A stretch of 64,000 nucleotides of DNA from Armatimonadota bacterium (lineage in GTDB: Bacteria > Armatimonadota > Hebobacteria > GCA-020354555 > CP070648), in the NCBI GenBank assembly GCA_020354555.1, contig CP070648.1, forward strand, positions 1,281,336 through 1,345,335, read 5' to 3'. Each line of letters begins with the position of its first letter. The stretch's first letter is position 1. A program made the position numbers and the translations under genes. The notes under the pieces are model-generated. The model was not told the origin of the DNA. It did no database searches and saw only the letters and a list, made by a program, of their open reading frames with translations. This document shows, one piece after another, positions 18,166 through 27,451 of this stretch.

Positions 18166-18927
18166 ATGAAGGTTTGTGCCGCTGTTCTAGTTGCGATAGG
18201 GCTGGTATTCTCGACCGGATGTGCGCCCGAGAATGCCGTCGGCATCGGCGACTCCGCGCCGACCGCCTTCAGCCACGAACTGTTTGACGCGGTGCTCCAG
18301 GAACACGTAGGATCCCACGGCCTGGTGGACTACGCGGCGCTGCGGAGGGACCGCGCTCGCCTCGATCAATACCTCGACGCGCTGGCCCGAACCGACGCAT
18401 CGTCCCTTCCGTCGCGTGAGGATCGTCTGGCCTACTGGCTGAATGCCTACAACGCATTTACCATCGCGGGCGTGCTCGACCACTATCCCGTGAAGAGCGT
18501 GCAAGACGTCGAGCGCTTCTTCAAGGAACAGCGCTACAAGGCCGGCGGCGCGCGATACTCACTGGACGACATCGAGAACGCGGTGATTCGGCCGACTTTC
18601 CGGGAGCCGCGCATCCATTTCGTCCTCGTGTGCGCCGCGAAGAGTTGCCCGCGCCTGTGGAGCCGCGCAATTGATCCAGGTACGCTCGAACAGCGGCTCG
18701 AGGCGTCAGCAAAAAAGTTCATCAACAGCCCCGCAGGCGCGCGCGTTGATAGAACGAAGAAGGAGTTGACGCTGTCAGCGCTCTTCAAGTGGTACCGTAC
18801 GGACTTCCTCGGCGAGGCGGATTCGCTTGCGGGCTACGTGCGGCGGTACCTCGATGATCCGCCCTCTGACTTGGCGCAGTACCGCGTTCGCTTCCAGGCC
18901 TATGACTGGAGCCTTAACGAGCGGTAG
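18166..18927 (+). CDS. DUF547-domain lipoprotein.
   Basis: Lipobox VFSTGC after MKVCAAVLVAIGL. Conserved ...YWLNAYNAFTI...HFVLVCAAKSCP... block characteristic of DUF547. AAGGGCGGGGGA RBS region. Confidence 0.55.
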   Translation: MKVCAAVLVAIGLVFSTGCAPENAVGIGDSAPTAFSHELFDAVLQEHVGSHGLVDYAALRRDRARLDQYLDALARTDASSLPSREDRLAYWLNAYNAFTIAGVLDHYPVKSVQDVERFFKEQRYKAGGARYSLDDIENAVIRPTFREPRIHFVLVCAAKSCPRLWSRAIDPGTLEQRLEASAKKFINSPAGARVDRTKKELTLSALFKWYRTDFLGEADSLAGYVRRYLDDPPSDLAQYRVRFQAYDWSLNER

Positions 18928-18965
18928 GCGCCCGGCCCGCGGCCCGAAGGAGCTTGCTCGCCCGC

Positions 18966-20513
18966 TTAGGCGTGACTCATTCGCCGCGGCAGCCGGTTAT
19001 CGGTCTCGACCAGTCGCTCCATCAGCCGTATCAGCAGGTCCCTCTTCAGCTCGCGCCTCCCGGGGTCATGCCAGAGATTGTGCAGCTCCCCCGGGTCTCC
19101 GCTGAGATCGAACAGCTCCCCGTACTCCTGCCCGGGATAGGCCGTGATCTTGTAACGCTCAGTGATCAACGTGCGCAAACGCAGACCGAGATAGTCCTCG
19201 TCATTCTCGACGACGACGCTGTCCTGCAAAGCTCCCGTTTCCCCGCGCAACTGTCCCGCGAACGAAATGCCGGGCCAGGGCGGGAGCTGGTTCTCGGTTT
19301 CCGGCTCAGGCGGCGCCAAGCCCTCGGGTATCGGCACTCCCGCGATATCCAGAATCGTCGGCGCGAAGTCGAGATAGCTGATAAGCCCGGCGCTCGTGAC
19401 GCCCTTGGCAAAGAGGCCCGGGCAACTCCAGATGAACGGCATATGGACCAGGCCGTTCATGTGAAACGGCCCCTTGTTGATCATCCAGTGATCTCCCATC
19501 ATGTCCCCGTGGTCGGAGAGGAAGCACACCACGGTATTCTCGCGCAGGCCGCACCGGTCGAGCTCATCCATCACGCGCCCGATGTTGTGATCGACGTGCG
19601 AGATCATGCCATAGGTCAGCGCGAGAATCTCCCGCAGCTGCTCATCGCTCATCTTCGTCGGGCGCATGCGCCCACTGAGCGGCAGCGGCCTCTCGTACAC
19701 CTCTCCGTAGAACGGCGGCAGCGTCTCGAGTTCACCCTCACGACGCGTGGGCATGGGCATGTCGGCGGAATCGTACATCCTCGCCCACGGCTCCGGCGGG
19801 CAGTAGGGATGATGCGGATCCGGAAACGAGCACCACGCGAAGAACGGCTCCTCGCGCGCATGCCGCTCGAGGAACTCAATCGTCCGATCCGCGACCCAAG
19901 TGTTGTAGTGCAACTCCTCGGGGATCGCGCAGTGCCATGCCTGCTCGGCATTGTGGGGAGTTGGCGTGCCGGCCTCGGGCTTCCACAGCCCTTCGGCTCC
20001 GGGGTCTTTGCCGCGCAGCCAGCGACGGTAGTCACCGGTCGTTCCGGGCCCGTGGCCGATGCTTATCTCGGCGGTCTGGAAGCCGAAGTACGGCGTCGGC
20101 ATTGCGTCGAGAATGCCGTGGTTCCAGAAGTAGTACGACTCGGCCCAGTGAGCTGGATCGAGCGTACTCGGATCAACGCCGTGAGGCGTGGAAAAGGGGA
20201 GCAGATGGAGCTTGCCGACGGAGTGCGTGGAGTAGCCCGCCTGTGACAGCGCGTCGAGCATCGTCGGGAAGCGGCGATCCAGCGGGATGCCGTTCGTGCG
20301 CACCCCGTGAGCGCGCGGCGTCAAGCCGTTGAACAGCGTGGCACGCGACGGCATGCACAGCGGGTTATTGACGTACGCGCGAGTGAAACGGACACCGGCG
20401 GCGGCGAGCCGGTCCAGGTTAGGCGTCTGGATCACCGGATTCCCCGCGCAGCCCATGTGGTCGCCGCGCATCTGGTCGGTCACGAAGCACAGGAAGTTGA
20501 GACGTCTAGGCAT
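18966..20513 (-). CDS. Cys-type (formylglycine-dependent) sulfatase with no signal peptide.
   Basis: Canonical sulfatase signature PLCMPSRATLFNG (C-x-P-x-R...TG). N-terminus LCFVTDQMRGDH fits the metal-binding start of sulfatases. Confidence 0.8.
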   Translation of the reverse strand: MPRRLNFLCFVTDQMRGDHMGCAGNPVIQTPNLDRLAAAGVRFTRAYVNNPLCMPSRATLFNGLTPRAHGVRTNGIPLDRRFPTMLDALSQAGYSTHSVGKLHLLPFSTPHGVDPSTLDPAHWAESYYFWNHGILDAMPTPYFGFQTAEISIGHGPGTTGDYRRWLRGKDPGAEGLWKPEAGTPTPHNAEQAWHCAIPEELHYNTWVADRTIEFLERHAREEPFFAWCSFPDPHHPYCPPEPWARMYDSADMPMPTRREGELETLPPFYGEVYERPLPLSGRMRPTKMSDEQLREILALTYGMISHVDHNIGRVMDELDRCGLRENTVVCFLSDHGDMMGDHWMINKGPFHMNGLVHMPFIWSCPGLFAKGVTSAGLISYLDFAPTILDIAGVPIPEGLAPPEPETENQLPPWPGISFAGQLRGETGALQDSVVVENDEDYLGLRLRTLITERYKITAYPGQEYGELFDLSGDPGELHNLWHDPGRRELKRDLLIRLMERLVETDNRLPRRMSHA

Positions 20514-20824
20514 CCAGTTGTCCTCCTCGTCCGTGTCGCACCAGTACTGCGGCGCCGCCCACCGCGCAGCACCGCGCCCGCCGGGCGCTGCACCCGGTAG
20601 CCGGTTCCATCTCTCTGCAGTTCCAGCACTTCAATCAGCACCCCTGCCTGCAGCCGACTGCGCTCGGCCGCTGCCAGACCGCGCCCGCTGGCCGAAGCAC
20701 GATGGCTTCGCCGGCGACGGCGATTCGGTCATTCCGCAGTCCTCGCGTCCGCTTGACCCAGGTACACCGTTCATGTATCCTTCGGAGAGTTGCGCGTCGG
20801 GGGCGTAGTCAACGGTCTACCGTC

Positions 20825-22732
20825 ATGAAATACGCGCTGCGGCTTGCCTTCTCCATGGCCCTGATGTCTGGCGTGATGCTCACGGAAGCTCGAACGATGA
20901 TGGCCGATGAGGAGAGTCATCCCGTGAAGACATGGGCGCAACTGGTGGACTCCGTCAAGAATGACAAGGCTGCGCGGGGCATCCGCGACGCGCTGGTCGA
21001 GCGCGCTCGCGCGGTCGCTCAATCGCCGGTTGTGCGCCGGGTTTACCGGCTGGACGACGTCGGCAAGCATCGCACGGGGCTCGACGGGCGCGCGCAGTAT
21101 CTGGAGCCGGAGATCGCCGAGACCTTCGCGCTCGCGATGTCCGATTACGGTACTGCGAGCACGATCGCGAGTGAGTTGCCCCTGCTCGCGGCGGCGTACC
21201 GCCTGACCGACGAGGACGTCTTCCGCGCGCGCGTTATCGAGCAACTCGCCGAGACTGCCACATGGTCGCCCTTGCAGCGTCCGGGCTGGACGCTCTATGC
21301 GCCCGGCCATCGCCTGCCCCCGGACGGCCAGGACGGCAACTGGCTTGCGACCGGCATGGCGATGAGGGGCATCGGGGATGCGCTCGACCTCATGCCGCGC
21401 GGTTCGATACCGGCTGACCTGCGCGGGTCGCTGGACGATCTCCTCGCGCGTGAGATTGCGAGCATCGTTGACGATTGGGAGACGAAGCGACCTTGGTTCG
21501 TCAGGGGCGACAACCCGATCACCAATCAGTGGATGCTGCCCACCGAGGGCTTGGTGCGGGCGTGCCTGGTGCTGGGCGTTGAGAAGCATCGGGACGCGTA
21601 TGAGTTGGGTGTCGCAAACACGGTGAAGGCGCTGGACAGCCACGGCGCAGCCGGCGAGTTCGAGGAAGGCGTCGGCTACGCAGCGTTCACCATCACCTCG
21701 ATGGTGCACACCGCGCACGCCATGGCCACTGCCGGGGACCGGCGGGCCATTGACCACCCGTTCCTGCGCAATTGCCCGACGTGGATCGTCCATCACATTC
21801 AACCCGGGGGCATGCTCATCAACTGCTTCGATGCGGGCGCCGCCCGCGCACTCGGCAACCTGCGGCCGCTGCTGTCCCTGCTCGCCGTGTGCACCGGAAG
21901 CTCCGCGGCGCGCTGGGCATTGGCGGAGCAAGTGGGCGGCCCTTCGGACGACCTGCCGGGGCTGCTGTGCCGTGAACTGCCGCCGGTGGGCGACGAGGCA
22001 GCACCGCCTCTGCACGCGTCCTACGAGCGAGCCACCCGGGTTAACTGGCGGGACTCCTGGGGGCACGACGCCACCGGGGTCTGGGTGCGCGGCGGCCACG
22101 GAACTGACCAGCACGACCACCACGACCGGGGCCACGTGAACTTCATCTCTCGCGGGCGTCCGATCCTCATCGAGGCCGGCACTCCCGCTTACCACAACCC
22201 GCTGATTGAGTCGCACTATCAGTCCGGCGTCGGCCATAACGTCCTGCAATTGGGCGAGGCCATGCCGCGCACCGACGTCGCACCGATGTCCGTGCGGCGC
22301 CTGGGCGACAGCGGCGGCGAGGTCACCGTGGATCCTACGAAATGCTACGACGACCTGGAGCAATGGCGTCGTACCGTGCAGTGGACCGCCGATGCCATGA
22401 CTGTGAGCGATCAAGTGAAGCTCGAGGCGGGAACGCGCCAAGTTGTCTGTTTCCGTTGGCATCTGGGGACTGCGGACCACGTCGATATCATGGGCAGCGA
22501 CGATGCTTTCACGGTCCACTGGCCGGACGCGACCATGACGGTTCAGGGATCCGGGCCGCTGCTCGTCTCACAGGAGATGCTGCCGGATAACACGCTGGCG
22601 TCCGGCCCGCGCAGCAGCGAGTCCCCCGACCACTTGCATACCTGCATCGTGATCAGATCACGCGATGCAGCGGAAGCCCTGAGGCTGGTGACGAAAGTCG
22701 TGCCCAACGACCGGACTTCGGGCAACCAGTGA
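20825..22732 (+). CDS. Secreted heparinase II/III-like polysaccharide lyase family protein.
   Basis: Start reassigned to MKYALRLAFSMALMSGV (signal peptide). The ORF track opens at 20702. C-terminal H-x-H/D-rich block GGHGTDQHDHHDRGHVNFISRGRPILIEAGT resembles the heparinase II/III C-terminal domain. The alpha/alpha-toroid N-half is plausible. Confidence 0.5.
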   Translation: MKYALRLAFSMALMSGVMLTEARTMMADEESHPVKTWAQLVDSVKNDKAARGIRDALVERARAVAQSPVVRRVYRLDDVGKHRTGLDGRAQYLEPEIAETFALAMSDYGTASTIASELPLLAAAYRLTDEDVFRARVIEQLAETATWSPLQRPGWTLYAPGHRLPPDGQDGNWLATGMAMRGIGDALDLMPRGSIPADLRGSLDDLLAREIASIVDDWETKRPWFVRGDNPITNQWMLPTEGLVRACLVLGVEKHRDAYELGVANTVKALDSHGAAGEFEEGVGYAAFTITSMVHTAHAMATAGDRRAIDHPFLRNCPTWIVHHIQPGGMLINCFDAGAARALGNLRPLLSLLAVCTGSSAARWALAEQVGGPSDDLPGLLCRELPPVGDEAAPPLHASYERATRVNWRDSWGHDATGVWVRGGHGTDQHDHHDRGHVNFISRGRPILIEAGTPAYHNPLIESHYQSGVGHNVLQLGEAMPRTDVAPMSVRRLGDSGGEVTVDPTKCYDDLEQWRRTVQWTADAMTVSDQVKLEAGTRQVVCFRWHLGTADHVDIMGSDDAFTVHWPDATMTVQGSGPLLVSQEMLPDNTLASGPRSSESPDHLHTCIVIRSRDAAEALRLVTKVVPNDRTSGNQ

Positions 22733-22846
22733 GGGCCCTGCAGTGTCGGAATGACTCGCGGGCTTCGGTGCGCACCTATCGAGGTTCGTGTATTAGGGAA
22801 GGACGCAAGGGACGGCGGGGCACATCCCGAACGAACCTCGTCCGGA

Positions 22847-22952
22847 AGAGTCTATGTGTATTACCGGCGCTGCGGTAATACACGAGACTCTACAAGGGAT
22901 CTCGTGCGGAAGAGCGTTTGGCATCAGCGGCCATCCGCGAATGCCAAACGCT
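22847..22952 (+). promoter_or_regulatory. Two tandem strong stem-loops in the 5' leader of the secreted-protein gene at 23035.
   Basis: HP1 agagtctatgtgtattacc-ggcgctgc-ggtaatacacgagactct (22847-22891). HP2 agcgtttggcat-cagcggccatccgcga-atgccaaacgct (22913-22952). Each is preceded by CGGAAGAG. No U-tract follows. Confidence 0.4.
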
Positions 22953-23034
22953 GTATGGGAGTGAACCGGCAGGCGCGTCGAGCCAGGCTGCCATTTGCCT
23001 GGGCACCCAGGGAGTGCAGAGGAAAAGCCGAAGC

Positions 23035-24651
23035 ATGGACAAGTTCCGGTCAGCCCTAGTCGCGCTCGCCATATCGGTCGGGGGCACGTGTGCAATGTGC
23101 AGCACCCACATGAACGCGATGCAGCGGATCGATTTGGAACCGGTCCAGGGCAGCATGGCGGTCAAGATGCGCTCGCCGGTCTTGCCCGGCGGCGCGATGG
23201 TGCTCGTCGTGCCGGAGACGATCGGGGACGAACAGGAGGTGCTGCTCAACTTCCCCGGTTACGAGCCGTACTGGACCGGGCCCGACACGGCAGGGGCCGT
23301 CGGGTACACGCTGGCCAATGAGAACGTGCGGTACGAGGTGCGCATCGTCCCGTTCTGCGATCATGTGGATGTGTGGCAAGGCGTTAGGAACCTGACGGCG
23401 CGCACCTGGCGCCACGCCTTTAGCTTCGCGTGTGTCAACCCAGGGCCGATCAACGACAAGACATTCGACCGCACGTACATCGCGACCGCGAACGGGCCGG
23501 CGCGTATCGCGGACATCTCGCGGACAACCAGTTCGCGACCACTGCAGTTCTACGAGTTGACGGGGAAGCAGTATCAGAGCCATGCATTTGTGGACGGCTT
23601 CAATGCCACGTGCCAGACACCAGCCGCGGATTCGTGGGTAGCCACGGTGGCGCCGGACGGGCGGAGAGTCGTGGGAGTCGCGGCGAACGATGCGGCATTC
23701 CTCTTCAACAACGGCGAATACGGATGCATCCATGCCTGCCCCGACTTCGGTGACGTGCCGCCGGGGGAGACGCGCTGGGCGCTCATGCGGGTGTACGCGA
23801 TGCCGGGCGGCCTCGACGACTTCATCGGGCGCCAGGCCCGCGACAGACAAGGCTTGGTCCCTTCGCTGCGGGCGGTCCAGCGCGATCCGACGAAACTGAC
23901 CTATCAGGCCGCGGAAATCTGGCTGCCGTGGGCCGATGCTGGGCATCTGACGCTGCGCCTCCCGGAGACTCTTGCGTCAGGTCTCGGGTTACTCTTCATA
24001 GACCATGCGCGCGCCGACATGCCGCCCGTCGTGCGCGTTGATTCGTTGCCCGATTGGCAGTGTGATTGCGCCACCGGCGCCCTGTGGTACACCCTCGAGC
24101 TGCCGAATGACGTAGCCTTCGGCGGGCAGATCACGCCTGTCGCCAACGGGGCGGAGATGCTGTTCTGGGTGGCGAATCAGACGAGCGCAGCACTGAAGGG
24201 GCTGAGCCCCCAGTTCTGCTTGATGGCGAACGGCGCGCCGCCTTTCAAGGCGAGACATCTGGCGCGCACGTACCTGCGCACCGGGGGAAACTGGCGGGCG
24301 CTGGCGCGAACGACACACGAGGTGATGGACCCGAATCTCGCGCCGTGGGTGATAGCCGGAGTGGGGGAGGACGGACCGCGCGCGGGCGCTAGTTGGCCGG
24401 GTGGCTGGTACGTCTGTCACGAGCGTGCGGAGGCACCGCTGCTGGCGACTGCCGACGCAGCCGGCGTTCGCGTCATAGCGATCATGTGGGAGAACGGCCG
24501 CAGCGTAATGAGCAATGGCCGCATCCCGTGCCTCCACGCAGATCCGGCGATACCAGACGCCGAGCCGGGGGACACGGTTCACGCCCACGGCCGGGTATAC
24601 GCCCTCTCGGGTGGGCTCGATCAGCTATGGACGGCGTATTCGACGAGATGA
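23035..24651 (+). CDS. Secreted hypothetical protein with an internal tandem domain duplication.
   Basis: Signal peptide MDKFRSALVALAISVGGTCA. Two related segments (...CIHACPDFGDVPPGETRWALMRVYAMPGGLDDF... / ...CLHADPAIPDAEPGDTVHAHGRVYALSGGLDQL...). RBS GGAGTGCAGAGGAAAAG upstream. Confidence 0.5.
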   Translation: MDKFRSALVALAISVGGTCAMCSTHMNAMQRIDLEPVQGSMAVKMRSPVLPGGAMVLVVPETIGDEQEVLLNFPGYEPYWTGPDTAGAVGYTLANENVRYEVRIVPFCDHVDVWQGVRNLTARTWRHAFSFACVNPGPINDKTFDRTYIATANGPARIADISRTTSSRPLQFYELTGKQYQSHAFVDGFNATCQTPAADSWVATVAPDGRRVVGVAANDAAFLFNNGEYGCIHACPDFGDVPPGETRWALMRVYAMPGGLDDFIGRQARDRQGLVPSLRAVQRDPTKLTYQAAEIWLPWADAGHLTLRLPETLASGLGLLFIDHARADMPPVVRVDSLPDWQCDCATGALWYTLELPNDVAFGGQITPVANGAEMLFWVANQTSAALKGLSPQFCLMANGAPPFKARHLARTYLRTGGNWRALARTTHEVMDPNLAPWVIAGVGEDGPRAGASWPGGWYVCHERAEAPLLATADAAGVRVIAIMWENGRSVMSNGRIPCLHADPAIPDAEPGDTVHAHGRVYALSGGLDQLWTAYSTR

Positions 24652-24686
24652 GCCGCAATCATTGACTGACACAGAAGGAGGTCGCA

Positions 24687-26822
24687 GTGAGCGATAAGTC
24701 AGGCATCTGGGATGAGCCTTCCGTGCAGGAGTTCAGGACACTGTTTACGCGTTTCGACGGGCTTCCGTCGAATGAAGTCCGCGATCTGGCGTTAACCGCG
24801 GACGGGACGGTCTGGGCGGCCACCGCGGCCGGGCTTGCCCGCTTCGACGGGAAGCTATGGGAGAGGATATGGGTCGCCGGCGCGCTTGCAGGCGCGAATG
24901 TAGGGCGGCTCGCGGCAGGACGCGACGGCGACTTGTGGGTCGGAGGATCCACAGGCGTGTCCCTGCTGCGAGAGGGGCAGTGGCGCCACTGGTGGGGCTA
25001 TGAATCGCCGACGCGATGGATTCATGACCTCGCGCCCGACGACAACGGCGGGGTGTGGGCCGTAATGTCGCATGAGGGCGATCTCGCAACGCGCGACGTC
25101 TGGCACCTGGTCGGAGATACCTGGCAATTCTGGCAGGTGGGCGCCGCCCGGGACATCAGCGGCATCGCGCTCGACGGCGCGGGCCGTCCCCATGTCGTCA
25201 GTGACGGAGCGCTGCTGACGCTGGACCGCGATCAGTGGCAGGCGGTTGACCTCGGCGGCGCGGAGGTCCTTGGTGCCAGCGCCGCGCCGGATGGCTCGGT
25301 CTGGGTCGGAACGAGCGACGATGTGATCGTGCTTCGAGAAGGCGCGATCGCCGAGCGCATCGGCAAGGCCGAGGGCCTGCCGGTAGCGGGAGTTCGGAAG
25401 GTCGCGTTCGGCCCGGACGGGGACGTCTGGCTCACCCACTCGACGGCGGTGTCGCGCCGCACAACGACGGGATGGCGCTACTACTCCCCCGACACCTGGG
25501 TTCCCGGGGACGGCGCGAATGCGATCGCGCTCGCGAGCGACGGCACGGTATGGATGGCCGGTTCGCAGGGCGTGGCCCGCATTGAGAGCAGTAGCATGAC
25601 GCTTGCGGATAAGGCGCAGCCCCTCGATTCGCTGACGCCGGCCCTTCACATGAGAGATGGATTCCTCTGCGACGTCGCGTATGCCGTACCGAATGATCCC
25701 GACTCGCCGCGGCATTTTCACATCAGCGATAACGACGGCCTGTGGACCGCGGAGTACGTCGCGTCGCAATGCTTTCGTTACGCCGTCACGCGCGCGCCGG
25801 AGGCAAAGGCCCACGCGCGCGCCGGCCTCGAAGCGCTCATGCGCCTGGTCGAGGTAACCGGACTGCCCGGTTTCTTCGCTCGCGCCATGTATCGCTTGGA
25901 TGATGAGACGGTCGCCGCGGTAGCTGGCGAGTGGCATCTGTCCTCTGACGGGCAGTGGGTGTGGAAGGGAGATACCAGCTCCGACGAGATGGACGGCCAC
26001 ATGTTCGCCTACGGCGTGTACTACGATCTCGCGGCCGATGAGCAGGAGCGCGAGCGCATCAGCGCCCTCGTCTCGCGACTCGTTGGCGGCATCATCGACA
26101 ACGACTATATCCTCCAGGACACCGACGGCAAGCATACCCGGTGGGGAGTGTGGAGCCCGAGCCTGCTCAACGAGTCCCCGGAGTGGCAGGCGCAGCAGAA
26201 ACTGAACTCGCTCGAGATCCTGTCGCACGTCCGCACAGCCCTGCACATCACGGGAGAGCAGCGCTTCCGGGATGCATATCGCGAACTGGTCGAGACGCAC
26301 GGCTATGCCGAAAACGTGCGCAGGGAGCAGATGGCCACGCCGATTGACGCGTTCCACAAGTTCGACGACGACCTCGCCATGCTCGCATACTATCCGCTCA
26401 TTCAGTACGAGGATGACCCGGGGCTGCGGGAGATCTACCTCGACAGCTTGGCCCGTTTCTGGGAGTTCGTGCGCCCCGAAGTCAACCCGCTGCACGTCTT
26501 CATGTGCAATGCGCTGCTGTGCCGTAAGGAAGGCCTGGAGCCTGCCGTCGAGGTGCTGCGCGGGTACCGCATGGATCACGCGTCCCGCGCCGTGGTCAAC
26601 GAAGTGCGCCAGGACGTCGAATGGCGCCAGGTCGGCCGCAGGCGCCTGCTGGTAAAGCCCCTGCCGGGCGCGGAACGCGCCGCCTATCACTCCAATCAGA
26701 ACATGTACGCGAGCGAACGCCGCGCCTCGCCCGGGCGAATGCGCATGCCCACGCCCTTCCTGTGGACATACTGGCTGGCACGCTACCACGGGCTGATATC
26801 GGGGCCGGCGGACGGTCGCTAA
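24687..26822 (+). CDS. Protein with an N-terminal two-component-regulator-propeller-like (Reg_prop) beta-propeller and an uncharacterised ~400-aa C-terminal domain.
   Basis: GTG start at 24687 with AAGGAGG RBS at 24675-24681. Repeats of the GLARFDG.LWE / DG.VW type are typical of Reg_prop blades. Confidence 0.5.
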   Translation: MSDKSGIWDEPSVQEFRTLFTRFDGLPSNEVRDLALTADGTVWAATAAGLARFDGKLWERIWVAGALAGANVGRLAAGRDGDLWVGGSTGVSLLREGQWRHWWGYESPTRWIHDLAPDDNGGVWAVMSHEGDLATRDVWHLVGDTWQFWQVGAARDISGIALDGAGRPHVVSDGALLTLDRDQWQAVDLGGAEVLGASAAPDGSVWVGTSDDVIVLREGAIAERIGKAEGLPVAGVRKVAFGPDGDVWLTHSTAVSRRTTTGWRYYSPDTWVPGDGANAIALASDGTVWMAGSQGVARIESSSMTLADKAQPLDSLTPALHMRDGFLCDVAYAVPNDPDSPRHFHISDNDGLWTAEYVASQCFRYAVTRAPEAKAHARAGLEALMRLVEVTGLPGFFARAMYRLDDETVAAVAGEWHLSSDGQWVWKGDTSSDEMDGHMFAYGVYYDLAADEQERERISALVSRLVGGIIDNDYILQDTDGKHTRWGVWSPSLLNESPEWQAQQKLNSLEILSHVRTALHITGEQRFRDAYRELVETHGYAENVRREQMATPIDAFHKFDDDLAMLAYYPLIQYEDDPGLREIYLDSLARFWEFVRPEVNPLHVFMCNALLCRKEGLEPAVEVLRGYRMDHASRAVVNEVRQDVEWRQVGRRRLLVKPLPGAERAAYHSNQNMYASERRASPGRMRMPTPFLWTYWLARYHGLISGPADGR

Positions 26823-26932
26823 CGTCTTTCCCGCTGCGAACGCGCCTCGGCGAATCGGCAGCCGCGAACCACGCCTATGTCACACCCGCGCTCATGCATG
26901 GAACATTCTCCGGGGCGGCAAGGAGGAGTAAC

Positions 26933-27337
26933 GTGCAGGCCAGGCGAGGCTTATTGGTGGCGGTGTTGTGCGCTGTCGCACTTGCGGCGGGCTGTGGCGG
27001 CGGACAGATCCCACCCGAACTCATCGGCTCGTGGCGTATGGTGCAGAGCGGCGAGGAGGTGGCCCACCTCGGTGTCGGCGATCAGACCTTCAATGCCGAC
27101 GGCACGTGGCACGGCCAGGAAACCAACATCTACGGCGGATCACTGCCCGGTAAGGAGTACCAACAGACCGGTACTTTCGAGGTCAAGGGGGATCAGCTCA
27201 TCATCACGCGCGACCTCGGCGGCGACAAGGTGCCGATTCCGCTGTATTTCGAGGTCAACGGCGATACGCTCACGACCCGCTGGCAGCTCGATGAGCACGG
27301 CGCCGATACATCCGTTGTCTACCAGCGAGTGAAGTGA
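26933..27337 (+). CDS. Lipocalin-like-domain lipoprotein.
   Basis: GTG start with AAGGAGG RBS 5 nt upstream. Lipobox LAAGC. LIGSWRMV...G (G-x-W) lipocalin-like start. The ORF-track upstream extension (26621) overlaps the previous gene and was discarded. Confidence 0.5.
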   Translation: MQARRGLLVAVLCAVALAAGCGGGQIPPELIGSWRMVQSGEEVAHLGVGDQTFNADGTWHGQETNIYGGSLPGKEYQQTGTFEVKGDQLIITRDLGGDKVPIPLYFEVNGDTLTTRWQLDEHGADTSVVYQRVK

Positions 27338-27451
27338 CATTGCCGGCACTGCGTGGATCGCGTAAGCCGAGCCGGCTCGTGAGAAACGCGGTCAGTCGTT
27401 GCGTCGGATGTCGGTATCCCCGTGGTGTTCGCCGCCGACAGCGACCAGTCG

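Noticed and set aside
26621-26932. Upstream extension of the lipoprotein ORF, starting at 26621.
   Set aside because: It overlaps the 3' end of the preceding gene by 200 nt and is Arg-rich. A GTG with a perfect AAGGAGG RBS and lipoprotein signal peptide at 26933 is a far better start.
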